Shown here in pieces: positions 11,196 through 24,223 of a DNA stretch of 64,000 bases. The notes under the pieces were generated by a model that was not told the origin of the DNA, ran no database searches, and was given only the letters and a program-made list of their open reading frames with translations. The stretch spans positions 11,098,001 through 11,162,000 of the forward strand of contig NC_135830.1 of NCBI RefSeq assembly GCF_964213995.1, read 5' to 3'. Within the stretch, counting starts at the first letter, position 1. Every line of letters starts with the position of its first letter. The translations under genes were made by a program, and so were the position numbers. Source of the DNA: Mustelus asterias. Its lineage: Eukaryota.

Positions 11196-13995
11196 GAGTC
11201 ATAGAGTTATAGAGGTTGACAGCATGGAAACAGGCCCTTCGGCCCAACTTGTCCACGCCGCCCTTTTTTTTTAAAGCCCCTAACCTAATTCCAATTAAGA
11301 ACATAAGAACATAAGAAATAGGAGCAGGAGTAGGCCATCTAGCCCCTCGAGCCTGCCCCGCCATTCAATAAGATCATGGCTGATCTGACGTGGATCAGTA
11401 CCACTTACCCGCCTGATCCCCATAACCCTTAATTCCCTTACCGATCAGGAATCCATCCATCCGCGCTTTAAACATATTCAGCGAGGTAGCCTCCACCACC
11501 TCAGTGGGCAGAGAATTCCAGAGATTCACCACCCTCTGGGAGAAGAAGTTCCTCCTCAACTCTGTCTTAAACCGACCCCCCTTTATTTTGAGGCTGTGTC
11601 CTCTAGTTTTAACTTCCTTACTAAGTGGAAAGAATCTCTCCGCCTCCACCCTATCCAGCCCCCGCATTATCTTAGAGGTCTCCATAAGATCCCCCCTCAT
11701 CCTTCTAAACTCCAACGAGTACAAACCCAATCTCCTCAGCCTCTCCTCATAATCCAAACCCCTCATCTCCGGTATCAACCTGGTGAACCTTCTCTGCACT
11801 CCCTCCAATGCCAATATATCCTTCCTCATATAAGGGGACCAATACTGCACACAGTATTCCAGCTGCGGCCTCACCAATGCCCTGTACAGGTGCATCAAGA
11901 CATCCCTGCTTTTATATTCTATCCCCTTCGCAATATAGGCCAACATCCCATTTGCCTTCTTGATCACCTGTTGTACCTGCAGACTGGGCTTTTGCGTCTC
12001 ATGCACAAGGACCCCCAGGTCCCTTTGCACGGTAGCATGTTTTAATTTGTTTCCATTGAGATAGTAATCCCATTTGTTATTATTTCCTCCAAAGTGTATA
12101 ACCTCGCATTTATCAACGTTATACTCCATTTGCCATATCCTCGCCCACTCACTCAGCCTGTCCAAATCTCTCTGCAGATCTTCTCCGTCCTCCACACGAT
12201 TCACTTTTCCACTTATCTTTGTGTCGTCTGCAAACTTCGTTACCCTACACTCCGTCCCCTCCTCCAGATCATCTATATAAATGGTAAATAGTTGCGGCCC
12301 GAGTACCGATCCCTGCGGCACGCCACTAGTTACCTTCCTCCAACCGGAAAAACACCCATTTATTCCGACTCTTTGCTTCCTGTCGGATAGCCAGTCCCCA
12401 ATCCACTTTAACACACTACCCCCAACTCCGTGTGCCCTAATCTTCTTCAGTAGCCTTTTATGGGGCACCTTATCAAACGCCTTTTGGAAATCCAAAAACA
12501 CCGCATCCACCGGTTCTCCTCCATCAACCGCCCTAGTCACATCTTCATAAAAATCCAACATGTTCGTCAAGCACGACTTTCCCCTCATGAATCCATGCTG
12601 CGTCTGATTGATCGAACCATTTCTATCCAGATGCCCTGCTATCTCCTCTTTAATAATGGATTCCAGCATTTTCCCTACTACAGACGTTAAGCTGACCGGC
12701 CTATAGTTACCCGCCTTTTGTCTCCTTCCTTTTTTAAACAGCGGCATAACATTAGCCGTTTTCCAATCAACCGGCACTACCCCAGAATGCAACGAGTTTT
12801 GATAAATAATCACTAACGCATCCACTATTACCTCTGACATTTCTTTCAATACCCTGGGATGCATTCCATCCGGACCCGGGGACTTATCCACCTTCAGTCC
12901 CATTAGTCTACCCAGCACTGCCTCTCTGGTAACATTAATGGTATTAAGTATTTCTCCTGCTGCCAACCCTCTATCGTTAATATTTGGCAAACTATTTGTG
13001 TCCTCCACCGTGAAGATCGACACAAAAAACTTATTTAAAGACTCAGCCATATCCTCATTTCCCACTATTAACTCCCCCCTCTCGTCCTCCAAGGGTCCAA
13101 CATTCACTCTAGCCACTCTATTCCTTTTTATATATTTATAAAAACTTTTACTATCATTTTTTATATTAATTGCTAGCCTAGCTTCATAGTCTATCCTTCC
13201 TTTCTTGATCGCTTTCTTATTTGGCTCATGTACCTCTATACCCATCGAACCCGTGTAACTATCTAAATGCTTTTTAAAAGACAAAATTGTACCCGCCTCT
13301 ACGACTGCCTCTGGCAGCTTGCTCCAGACACTCACCACCCTCTGTGTGCAAAATTGTCCCTCTGGACACTTTTGTATCTCTCCCCTCTCATCTTAAACCT
13401 ATGCCCTCTAGTTTAAGAATCCCCTACCTTTGGGAAAAGATACTGACTATCTAGCTGATCTATGGCGCTCATTATTTTATAGACCTGCATAAGATCTCCC
13501 CTCAGCCTCCTACGCTCCAGAGAAAAAAGACCCAGTCTATCCAGCCTCTCCTTATAACTCAGTCCATCACGTCCCGGTAGCATCCTAGTCAATCTTTTCT
13601 GCACTCTTTCTAATTTAATAATGTCCTTTCTATAATAGGGTGACCAGAATTGCAGACAGTATTCCAAGTGTGGCCTTACCAATGTCTTGTACAACTTCAA
13701 CAAGACATTCCAACTCCTGTATTCAATGTTCTGACCGATGAAACCAAGCATGCCGAATGCCTTCTTCACCACTCTGCCCACCTGTGACTCCACCTTCAAG
13801 GAGCTATGAACATGTACCCCTCGATCTCTTTGTTCTGTAACTCTCCCAACGCCCTACCATTAACTGAGAAAGTCCTGCCCTGGTTCAATCTACCAAAATG
13901 CATCACTTCGCATTTGTCTAAATTAAACTCCATCTGCCATTCGTCAGCCCACTGGCCCAATTGATCAAGGTCCCGTTGCAATTGATCAAGATCCC
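11196..13995 (-). mobile_element. outer CR1 LINE fragment (11196-11296 + 13221-13995), interrupted by a younger CR1
   Basis: ORFs 13413-13799 and 13796-14101 carry CR1 ORF2 motifs; its 3' UTR/tail continues at 11196-11296. Confidence 0.85.
11297..13220 (-). mobile_element. young 5'-truncated CR1 LINE with uninterrupted RT-domain frame
   Basis: About 600 codons without a stop: KSPGPDG, NYRPVSLT, FLDFQKAFD, GVPQGSVLGP, KFADD; (TTCTTATG)n tail. Confidence 0.97.
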
Positions 13996-14879
13996 GTTGC
14001 GCCACTGGCCCACATAGATCGCAATTGCGACAGTGTTTACCTACTGGTTTGACGCTCTGACATCTGGCAAAAGTTTTGTCAAAACGTATTCGTTTACCCA
14101 TGCAAAAAGTTGCATCATTGTGATTTTTAAAATTAATTTAAAGTCGTCTCTCATGGCCCTTGAATTGAGTTGCTGTTGGAATTCAAACTCTAGTCTCTGT
14201 ACCTGCATCCTTTTTCTCGGCATTATAAGTCTGTGACAGTAACACTATGCGGCCAGAAAACACTCCCCCCAGTTAATCAACGAACGAATATTAGCTAAAT
14301 AGAGTATCTTACAAGCATATGACATTGGCTCTTACAGATTCCTCAGAATAAATTCAGGAAAAAATAGAAGAGCTGAAAATTCTCTACACGCTGAGCAGGA
14401 ACATACATACACCTATTTGGACTCAGCGCACATTTTATCAATTCATTCAGTGGCTACAAGAACAAGTCAGAGCCTTTGAATTCTCGCGTTGCAGATTCGT
14501 CGAGTTGAGTTGGAACCCAATGTGCGGAGTGAGAACAAACGTCTGTTGTTTCCGATGGTTCTTTGCACATCAGCAAGCTTCGTGTTTCTATTTCCACTGA
14601 GTTAATTGGAACCGAGAAATTACGAAACACCGCATTTGGTTCTGAAAACGGATGCCTTGCTATTACTGGGGATGTGCTTGAAGCTGATGTTGCGTGTGGG
14701 CCCGGGTCCACATGATTTGTGTTGTTTTGTTGGCTGCAAATTATTAAATTTCCTTGATAATGAGAGTAACAGTGGGGTACAGAGAGTAAAATACCTACTC
14801 AAATAGAAGCGGGAATTCCAGGGAAGGAAATACATATTTAAAAATGTCAGAGCGTGTGATGCGAAGTGATGCATTTTGG

Positions 14880-15660
14880 AACATGAATGCGAAGTGATGC
14901 ATTTTGGGAGAAATAATGTAGGGAGGGGTTATACAATAAATGGCAGAGTCATCAAGAGTATAGAAACACAGAGGGACGTGGTGTGCAAGTCCACAAATCC
15001 TTGAAGGTGGCAACACAGGTGGAGAAGGTGGTGAAGAAGGCATATGGTACGCTTGCCTTTATAGGACGGGGTATAGAGTATAAAAGTTGGAGTCTGATGA
15101 TGCAGCTGTATAGAACGCTGGTTAGGCCACATTTGGAGTACTGCGTCCAGTTCTGGTCGCCGCACTACCAGAAAGACGAGGAGGCGTTAGAGAGAGTGCA
15201 AAGAAGGTTTACCAGAATGTTGCCTGGCATGGAGGGTCTTAGCTATGAGGAGAGATTGGGTAAACTGGGGTTGTTCTCCCTGGAAAGACGGAGAATGAGG
15301 GGAGATCTAATAGAGGTGTATAAAATTATGAAGGGGACAGATAGGGTGAATGGTGGGAAGCTTTTTCCCAGATCAGAAGTGACGATCACGAGGGGTCACG
15401 GGCTCAAGGTGAGAGGGGCGAAGTATGACTCAGATATTAGAGGGATGTTTTTACACAGAGGGTGGTGGGGGCCTGGAATGCGCTGCCAAGTAGGGTGGTG
15501 GAGGCAGGCACGCTGACATCGATTAAGACTTACCTGGATAGTCACATGAGCAGCCTGGGAATGGAGGGATACAAACGATTGGTCTTGTTGGACCAAGTAG
15601 CGGCACAGGCCTGGAGGGCCGAAGGGCCTGTTTCCTGTGCTGTACTGTTCTTTGTTCTTT
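14880..15660 (+). mobile_element. CR1 LINE 3' fragment
   Basis: ORF 14983-15516 RPHLEYCVQFWSP; TGTTCTT tail; nearly identical to the 40.0-40.7 kb copy. Confidence 0.93.
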
Positions 15661-15780
15661 ATGTGAGAAACTGAGAAACATTTATTCAAAATGCAGCAAT
15701 AGAACAAATGGGCATGAATTCAAAATAGTAAAGGTTTACATTTGGGTGAAGGTCGGTTAAAGTCTACTATACTCCTCATA

Positions 15781-16678
15781 CACCTATGACTGTATGGCCA
15801 AATTCCCCTCCAATTCGATTTTCAAGTTTGCTGACGACACTACCGTAGTGGATCGGATCTCAAACAATGACGAGACAGAGTACAGGAATGAGATAGAGGA
15901 TCTGGTGAACTGGTACGGCAACAATAATCTTTCCCTCAATGCCAACAAAACGAAGAAGATTGTTAGCGACTTCAGGAAGCGTAAAGGAGAACATGTCCCT
16001 GTCTGCATCAAAGGGGACGAAGTAGAAAAGGCTGAGAGCTCCACGTTTTTAGGTGTCCAGATCACCAACAACCTGTCCTGGTTCCCCCATGCCGACACTA
16101 TAGATAAGAAAGCCCATCAACGCCACTATTTTCTCAGAAGACGAAGAATATTTGGCATGACTCTCACCAACTTTTACAGATGCACCATAGAAAGCATTCT
16201 TTCTGGTTGAATCAGAACTTGGTATGGCTCCTGCTAAGCCCAAGCCCTCAAGGAACTACAAAAGGTCGTGAATGTAGCCCAATCTATCACGCAAACCAGC
16301 CTCCCGTCCATTGACTCTGTCTACACTTCCCGCTGGCTTAGCAAAGTAGCCAGCGTAACTAAGGGCCCCACGCACCCCGGACATTCTGTCTTCCACCTTC
16401 TTCCGTAGAGAAAAAGGTACAGAAGTCTGAGGTCACGTACCAACCGACTCAAGAACAGCGTCTTCCCTGTTGCTGTAAGAGATGTGAATGGACTTACCTT
16501 GCATTAAGTTGATCTTTCTCTACACCCGAGCTATGACTGTAACACCACATTCTAAAATCTCTCGTTTCCTTCTCTATGAACGGTATGCTTTGTCTGCATA
16601 GCGCGCCAGGGACAATACTTTTCAGTGTATGTTAATACATGTGACAATCAAATCAAATCAAATCAAATCCAATCAAAT
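15781..16678 (+). mobile_element. Rex1/Babar-type LINE 3' fragment
   Basis: FKFADDTTVVDRISNNDETEYRNEI...FYRCTIESIL; (AAATC)n tail. Confidence 0.85.
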
Positions 16679-18695
16679 TGTCTACCGCGCAGACAGAATG
16701 AAGAAATAGAGGGGAGATCGCACAATATGGATACAAAGAACTCGATAAACTGCGGAATTGTCGGGTTTCCTGAAAGAATCGACCAAGATGAACCCCGCAG
16801 TTCGTGTGGTTTATCGGTCTTAGTGACATAATTCAAAAAAGGTTAGGAGTTAATCACGTTGCTGTGTGTCTGGAGTGAGGGCGTATACGGACGGCAGGTT
16901 TCCTTCACTCCATATCATCATTAAGCTAATTGGGAATTTATACCAATTATCTAGTGTCAGGATCACCACTTATTGCACCTTTAATTCCACATGATTATTT
17001 GGTTAACTGGATTCAAGTTTCCTCCTGATGTGATCGGAATCCAAATCATTAAGGTGGATTAATAATCCAGTTCTCGTGGATAACTGCTCTGCAACACATC
17101 ACTGTGTAATTGAAACCGCTCCTGGCGTACAGAGGAACACGGTGGTGGTTCTCCCTCTTGTGGCCATGTGAGGTAAATGTTCTGCCTGGGACATCTCTGA
17201 ATTCTCAGATTACTGAGTATCTTGTTGCAGGATAATGCTGCTGTGTCTTTTCTTGTTCCGATTATTCTTATTATAATAATATTATGCTTAATTCAGACGG
17301 ACCTATTCATGGAACTTCAGTTTGAATCCTTATTATTTTTTCTCCTATTTTGAATGTCCCAGGCTTATCTGTTAAAACATAATCACGTTTCACAATTTGA
17401 AGCCATAGCAATTGTTGTAGGTAAAAAACCTCTGACACTATTAGGAGATCAAAATGCAGGTTTATTTTCACAATTGTGGGAGAAGTGAGGTTCCTAACAG
17501 TGGACCCAGGCCTTCTCATCGAACACAAGTAAGAACAGAGTTTATATATGTCCCGGGCCCCGCCCCCATTACATTGCAATTCTCTAAGATGTCTGTCATT
17601 GTTCATGGTGAGAGTCTTGTTGTTTTAGCAGTATCTTCCTCTGCGCAGTTTGTCCGATCTCCAAGGCCACGATTGTTCGTCATTTATATCCTTGAAACAA
17701 CATCACAGGTTTTGCACAAACAAGTTAACTAATATACATACAAGTTTGTATAATACTTTATATCAGGATAAGATGAATAACGTATGATGAATATATATAT
17801 GAATCTATGGTGATTCAAAGACAAAAGGCATACATGTCAACTCCATCGTGTTAAACAAAGGTACATAAAAATGGAGGTTGTTTAGCTTAACTCGAGCTGG
17901 GTTAATCGCATTTCCTGATAACAAATGGAGACAGAGGAATAGCTGTTTCTTTTATCTGGCACAGACATGAAAAACACCGAACTCTGACAAAAACATGGAC
18001 TCTGCAGTGTTCTAAACAAAATCACAGAGTTCGGGTCTTAATGCTTAAGTGTGACAAGGGTCATTAACCCATTCCCGACTGCAGCAATACTGATAAGATC
18101 CGGACTCTTTATAAAGGCCTGTACACACACCGAAAGGGTGTAAATTTGACTCCTGACTCTCAATTATCTGGTAGAATGTCGGATTTCAGTGTAACTGCTT
18201 CAATTTTAAACTTTTCTCACGGTTGCCGTTATTACTTTTTGTCCAACGTATGAGGTGTCCCTAATGGGGTTCGGGGAACTTGTCAAAATGGGTGACTGGA
18301 AGAAATTGCATGTTCTACTTTCTGCACTTTCCTGGAACGTGGTTGAGGGAGAGCGGGGCTCTGAGACACAGAGAGGAGGAGGCAGACACTGGAGGGCAAA
18401 AGATTAGAGATTGTCAAACAGACACCGAGACGAACAGAGAGCTGGAGACTCAGAAAAACAGACAGGAGGAGACAGAGAAACACTCAGATGCTGTAATTGG
18501 GCTACAACTAACATTGTTGGGTGGCCATTTCCTGAGAACACTGTGAAACCAGCCAATCCTGTTATTGGCAACGCCCCTTAGTTTCCTAACATAGAAAGCC
18601 TGCCCGTAATAGAAAACTACTTCTTCATGCCAGAGTACAAGAGTTGGCATAATTTTAAAATTTTGCTTTTTCTGTACAATTCTAAAACGGCAAAC

Positions 18696-19151
18696 ATTTT
18701 CTCCAAACGCTGTTTACTAATATTGTTGGCTTTGTTGCCCGCTGAGTCTGTGTTGAATAGTCATTGTCTGTTCCCAGCGTTCATTACCAGAAATTGAATA
18801 GATTCTGTAATATGTTGCAGGAACGAATGACAAAGATGAGATGTTCCAAGGTCCCCCCGAATTAACGATACAGGAAAGACGGACCATAACACTGGGCTGC
18901 AGTTACTCGACGGCTGATGTTCGAACTCTGCTCTGGTACAACCAGCCTCGCGGGGAAGATCCGACATATTGATTGACGATATATAGCGCAGTGTGAAGAT
19001 TCTCCGGATAGATTTTCTGCTGTTTTGCACAAGAAAACATAAAATGGTTCCCTCAAATATCGCCGGAACACTTCTCTCTGACAGCACTGTGTCTTTCTGT
19101 GCCATGGAGCCCACACTACTGCAGAGGTTCAGAGAATCCCGTAGAAAAACC
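18696..19151 (+). pseudogene. TRAV/TRDV-like pseudogene (paralog of the 36.7-37.2 kb V)
   Basis: Leader start ATG>ATT and donor GT>CT relative to the paralog. V exon from about 18821 with TLGCSY, LWY, DSTVSFCAME, plus stops and frameshifts. RSS CACACTA + 24 + AGAAAAACC. Confidence 0.88.
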
Positions 19152-19230
19152 CCAGACAGGGAGTTACATTTGGCGATCAGCAGAGGACGCGCTTTCAGCG
19201 TTGAACAGAAACGATTAGCCTGTAACAGTT

Positions 19231-19405
19231 CACAGAATCCGACAGTGCAGAAGACACCCTTCGGCCCATTGAGTCTGCGCCGACACATGAAAGGCGCTGA
19301 CCTGCCCACCTAATCCAACTTGCCAACAGAATCGAGCCAGCCAGAAGTCGAACTTGGAATAATCTGATCCGTAATCAAATGCATTATCCATTGCGCCACT
19401 GGCCT
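19231..19405 (-). mobile_element. 175-bp chimeric retrocopy: full tRNA-Arg(ACG) head (19405-19333) + LINE/SINE-type 3' tail
   Basis: AGGCCAGTGGCGCAATGGATAATGCATTTGATTACGGATCAG...GGCTGGCTCG, then ...GACTCAATGGGCCGAAGGG...CTGCACTGT..GATTCTGTG. Flanked by ACAGTT on both sides; absent from the paralogous region near 36.6 kb. Confidence 0.75.
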
Positions 19406-19767
19406 ACAGTTACAGGACCATTGCTAAAATGACACAGCACAACATTCAACAAGAACAGATGAACAGCAACTGAGAAATTGAATGAGGTCTGTTTTAACTT
19501 GCATAACCTTTTCGTGTCTGTCTAAATTAATGAGCTACACTTCCTCTTTCTACAGTCTGTTTCTTGGTCGCATTTACCATAGCCGGTGCATAGTGTCTAA
19601 TTGGTCAGAATGTGTTGCTGGATTAGGCATAGTTTGTAGAAAATAATGCATTTCACAGCGCACCGATTACACTCTCTTAGTTACAGCAGTTTATTTTCCT
19701 TTCGATTGAATATTTTCTGACAAAATTGACAACCCAGTGTTTTCGCCTCAATATAACCAGGCTTTAA

Positions 19768-20985
19768 CATAAGACCATATGAAATAGGATCAGCAGAATT
19801 CCGTGCGGCCTCTCGAGTCATTCAATGGGATCGTGGCTGACCCAACATTCCTCACATTCAGTTTACTGCCCTTTCCCCGCAAGCCTCGATTCACCTACTG
19901 AACAAAAATCTATCTATCTCAGCCTTAAATATACGCAATGACTCTGCCCCCACAGCTCTCTGTGGTAAAGAGTTTCAACGACTCACAACCCTCTGAAAGA
20001 AGAAATTGCACCTCATCTCAATGTTCCTTTTTTTTTCTGAGACTGCGCCGTCTGGTCTGAGACTCTCCCATGAGGGGAAACACCCTCACAGCATTTAGCC
20101 CCCCAAGCCTCTCAATAATCCTGCATATTTCAATGAGATCACCTCTCATTCTTCTAAATTCGAATGAGTAGAGTCCCATCCTGTTGAACCTTCCCTGATC
20201 AGAAATCCCTCTGTATTGGGGATCATCCTCGTAAAACTTCTCTGCACTACCGCAATTAAATAATATATGTCCTTAAATAAGGAGACCAAAACTGCTTACG
20301 GTACCCCAGATGTGATCTCATCAGTATCTTGTGCAGTTGCAGCAAGACTTCAGTACTGTTATACTTCAACCCCCTTGAAATAAGGATCAATGTCCCATTT
20401 GCCTTCCTGATTATCTGCTGCATTTGTGTGATTTTTGATTTTGTATTTTGTGCACAAGTACCTCTCAAGTCCCGTATGTCTCTAATTGCATAATACTCTG
20501 TTCTTTTGTTCTCCTTTCCAAAATGAACATTTCCACATTTTCCCACATTAAACTGTATTTTCATTTTTTTTTGTCTACTTACTGAACTTATCAATGTCGC
20601 AACTTACCTTTCCACCCATGTTTGTGTTATCTGCAAATTTGGCGACAGTACATTTGCTTCCTCACTCCAATTCGTTAATATATATTGTAACCAGTTATGG
20701 TCCCTGGAACCCCACCGGTACATGTCGCCAAACTGAAAACACCGTATCCAAAATTGCTGTTTCCTGCCCATTACCCAATTGTCTATCCATGCCAATATAC
20801 TACTCCCAACACAATGGGCTCTTATCTTATGACTTGGCCTTTTGTTGGGTGCCTTCTCGAACCCCTTCTGGAAGTCAAAATAGAACACATCTACTGGTTC
20901 CCCTCTATCCACTCTGCTTGAGACTTCCTCGAAAAAACTCTAAAAAGTTACTCAAACACAATTACTCTTCCCCGTTCATGAAGTC
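19768..20985 (-). mobile_element. degenerate CR1 LINE
   Basis: Fragmented ORFs GEPVDVFYFDFQKGFEK and QFWSPYLR. Confidence 0.85.
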
Positions 20986-22164
20986 GTGATTTTGGGGTCC
21001 GTTGCTACCCCATCCCTAACAATAGAACTATTCTTCTTATAAGGATATTGACGATTGGGTGTTTCCAATTACTGACGGGCGGATTCACACCTACATATTC
21101 TAAAACACCACTGGGGTCACAGGGAAGGGATTTGAGAGAGTCCTCAGGCATGACAGCCGATTCTTGATTATGAAAAATTGAAGCACTTTCCTCAATCTCA
21201 AACTCCCTTTTCCAGAAAGGACAGCGATAATGTGGTACTGGAGCACGTGAGTTGTAAGGGTGTTCAGTGGGGGCATTTCCGACAGGTAGTCGTGAAATTA
21301 ACACATTTCATCTCAATTTCAAATCATGACTTTAATCTGAAATTTTAACGCACGACAGTATGATTGTTTCTTGTTTGAACATATATTTGAGATCTGAATC
21401 ATGGAGATTTTCTCACTCAGCTACTGTCCTGAAATGTTCATACAGAAGACGTGGCTGCAATAAACATCGACCACGATATTGTATGGAGTGAAAATGTTTC
21501 ACTCTGGAACCGAATTGTGCCAAACAAGCAGCATTCACAGCTTTGGCAAAGGGTTATCTGGATTCGAAACGTCAACTCTTTTCTCTCCTTACAGATGCTG
21601 CCAGACATGCTAAGATTTTCCAGCGTTTTCTCTTTTGGTTTCAGCATTCACTGTTATGGTCTGAAGATAATCGGTGAGAGCAAAAGCAGTAACAGCACCG
21701 ATGAGATATTAGGACTCTCTCTAACTCTGAGCGGAGAAAGAAAACTCTGAAGAGTTGAGAACAGAGACTAATAGCCGGAGTTTATGAAGGAAAGCAGACC
21801 CGCAACCGTAATTTGGACTGTGTGACATCCTCCGTGTCGGGATTAGTGGAGAATCGTCAATGGATGAGCAATGAGCAGGTCCACTATCAGCCGCTCTGAC
21901 ACCTGGAGAGGAAACCGCATTAACCTTGGATCAAACTGTCACCCAACTGTTTCCAGTAACGGCCCAGAAAACAAACTGCAGAATCCGAACAGACAGACAG
22001 ATCCATTATTAAATCAGTCTACAGGTTAGGTAGAGGGCCTTCCAGTTTCTGATAAGGTGTTAATTCACACAAGGTCAGGGCTGAATATTTAGATGAGCTC
22101 CGGGAGAGATATTTCTGACCCTCAGAATAGATCCACTGACGTCACTCAGACTGCAATGTGACAT

Positions 22165-22708
22165 AGAAACATAGAAGCTAGAAGCAGGAGGAGACCATTC
22201 GGTCCTTCGAGCCTGCTCCGCCATTCATTTTGATCATGGCCGATCATCGAATTGAATACCCTGATCCCGCTCCCTCACATATCCCTTGATACCTTCAGCC
22301 GCAACAGCTATGTCTAATTTATTCTAGAAATCAGACAACGTTTTGACCTCAACTACATTCGGTGGCAGTGAATTCCACGCGTTCACCATCTGGTGAAGAA
22401 ATATCTTCTCACCTCAGTTCTAAAAGATTTACCCCTCATCCTCAAACTATGACTTCTAGTTCTGGACTCTCCCGCCATTGGAAACATTCTTTCTGTATCT
22501 GCCCTGTCTAACTCTTTTAGAATTTTATAAGTTTCTATGAGATCCCTTCTCACTCTTCTAAACTCCAGTGAATATATTCCTAACCGTCTGTGTCACTCCA
22601 CAGATGACAGACCTACTATCCCAGGAATCAGCCTGGTAAACCTTCGCTGCACTCCCTCTATAAGCAAGGACATCAGTCCTCAGATAAGGAAACCAAAACT
22701 GCACACAA
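22165..22708 (-). mobile_element. CR1 LINE 3' fragment inserted into a V promoter region
   Basis: CATAGAA tail and CCTTCGAGCCTGCTCCGCCATTCA 3' UTR motif. Confidence 0.85.
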
Positions 22709-22835
22709 TCCGTCACACATATCCGCATTCCGACGTCATAATACTAGATACTCTGACGTCACAATGTCGGATACTCTGGTCTCACAGTGCCTGGATGTAC
22801 TGATGTCACACTGCCGGGTGTACTGACGTCACAGA
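22708..22835 (+). promoter_or_regulatory. ~23-bp tandem repeat carrying CRE (TGACGTCA) sites upstream of a V leader
   Basis: TGACGTCA at 22754 and 22824; variants at 22731, 22777 and 22801; a further perfect copy at 22137. Confidence 0.7.
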
Positions 22836-23045
22836 ATGCTCTAACGCATGCGCACCCTCATCCCTCAAATCCCAGCGATGCTGCAGCTCCCTCACTGCTT
22901 TACTTTGTGATCACAAGTCCCAGAGACCCGGCTTTGGCTTTCACAGTGGAACTGGTGCTGGGCTCCGTTTCATATCCAATACCGTTGCTTTCCCAGGAAC
23001 TCTTTCGGCTTGAGATCTATTTTACACAATTCGACGTGATCCAAC

Positions 23046-23578
23046 ATGAAGTTGAGCTTCAATTTAGTGATCATTTCCCTGGATTTCATACTCTTCCCTC
23101 AGTGTAAGTGTGGTCACTGTTTCTGACAGGAATATTTCACACACCAGATATATTGTGTTAAATTATACTCTGCTTTACTGTATTGTTTTCATTGTGTATA
23201 CAATGGTACTTTATTGTGATACATTATAATGCGCTATTTTATTGCTGCATATGCACATTAACTTCCCAGGTGCTGCTGGCGGTGAAGAGGTATCGCAGTC
23301 TCCGGAGTTCGTGGTGGTTACCGAGGGAGCCACTGCAACATTCACATGTTCCACAACAGTTCCACAGATCCTATACTGATACAGACAATACGAGGACAGA
23401 ATCGTGCAGCACCTGGTGAGCGTTACCAGGGATCCGGACAGGATCACGGCTCGGTACATTTTCTAAGAGAAACGCAGCACTCTGAAAGTTAGCGATACTC
23501 GAGTGACAGGTGCTGCCACCTACATCTGTGCAGTGCAGGCACAGTGTTGTAAAGATCAATACGAGTCGTACAAACACC
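23046..23578 (+). pseudogene. TRAV/TRDV-like pseudogene, short V domain, 23-RSS
   Basis: Leader 23046-23103; V exon from 23270 EVSQSP...FTCST...LY*YRQ...IF*EK...ATYICAVQ. RSS CACAGTG (23540) + 23 + ACAAACACC. Confidence 0.9.
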
Positions 23579-24223
23579 TGCAGAGGAGCAGTCCTACTGG
23601 TTGTAGCCTGTGCTTCATCAGAAAGCTGGACATTTTATAAAACTCTCCCTGGAAAACCTCTCCCAATCTCCCAGTAAGTGAAATACACTCCTAATCTGTG
23701 TTCCTTTCTAATATCAGTCGAAAAGGAAGAAGCACTTTGAGATGTGCGTTATTGCTTGTCAAAATCCACACCAGACGCCGTGTGCTGTCCAAGGTCCTTT
23801 GTGATAATCGCTGTGCTGTTCGGTGCTTTTTAAACGTTAATTGTTCATTCCATGGGTTAAATTTAAGTCCAGATTTTTCCACATTCTGGACTTTGTCACA
23901 GAATCCAGTGAGGCAGACTCACTGTCCTTGGATCTCTTCGAGTCTGGAAGAACATCCCACAATGATCTGTTAAACTTACTGCATATCCCTTGGCTCTCGC
24001 TACGTCGGTCGGCAGATACGAATTTGGGTATTTTCCGAGATATTTGCTGACATGATATACGTCGGGGTATGGTGATAAGCCTGAAGATTTCCCAGACTGG
24101 CTCTATGTTGATTTCAACAAGGGTTTGAACAGCAATGCAAGTGATTGGTATAAAAACCTATCTTTGTAAACCTGGAAACAAGCTCAGCTAAAGACATCAA
24201 AGACACAGGACAGAGAGCGCTGA

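Noticed and set aside
11395-13338. 647-aa ORF as a novel gene
   Set aside because: It is CR1 ORF2. The first ~40 aa come from the C-terminus of the older flanking CR1, fused in frame by chance.
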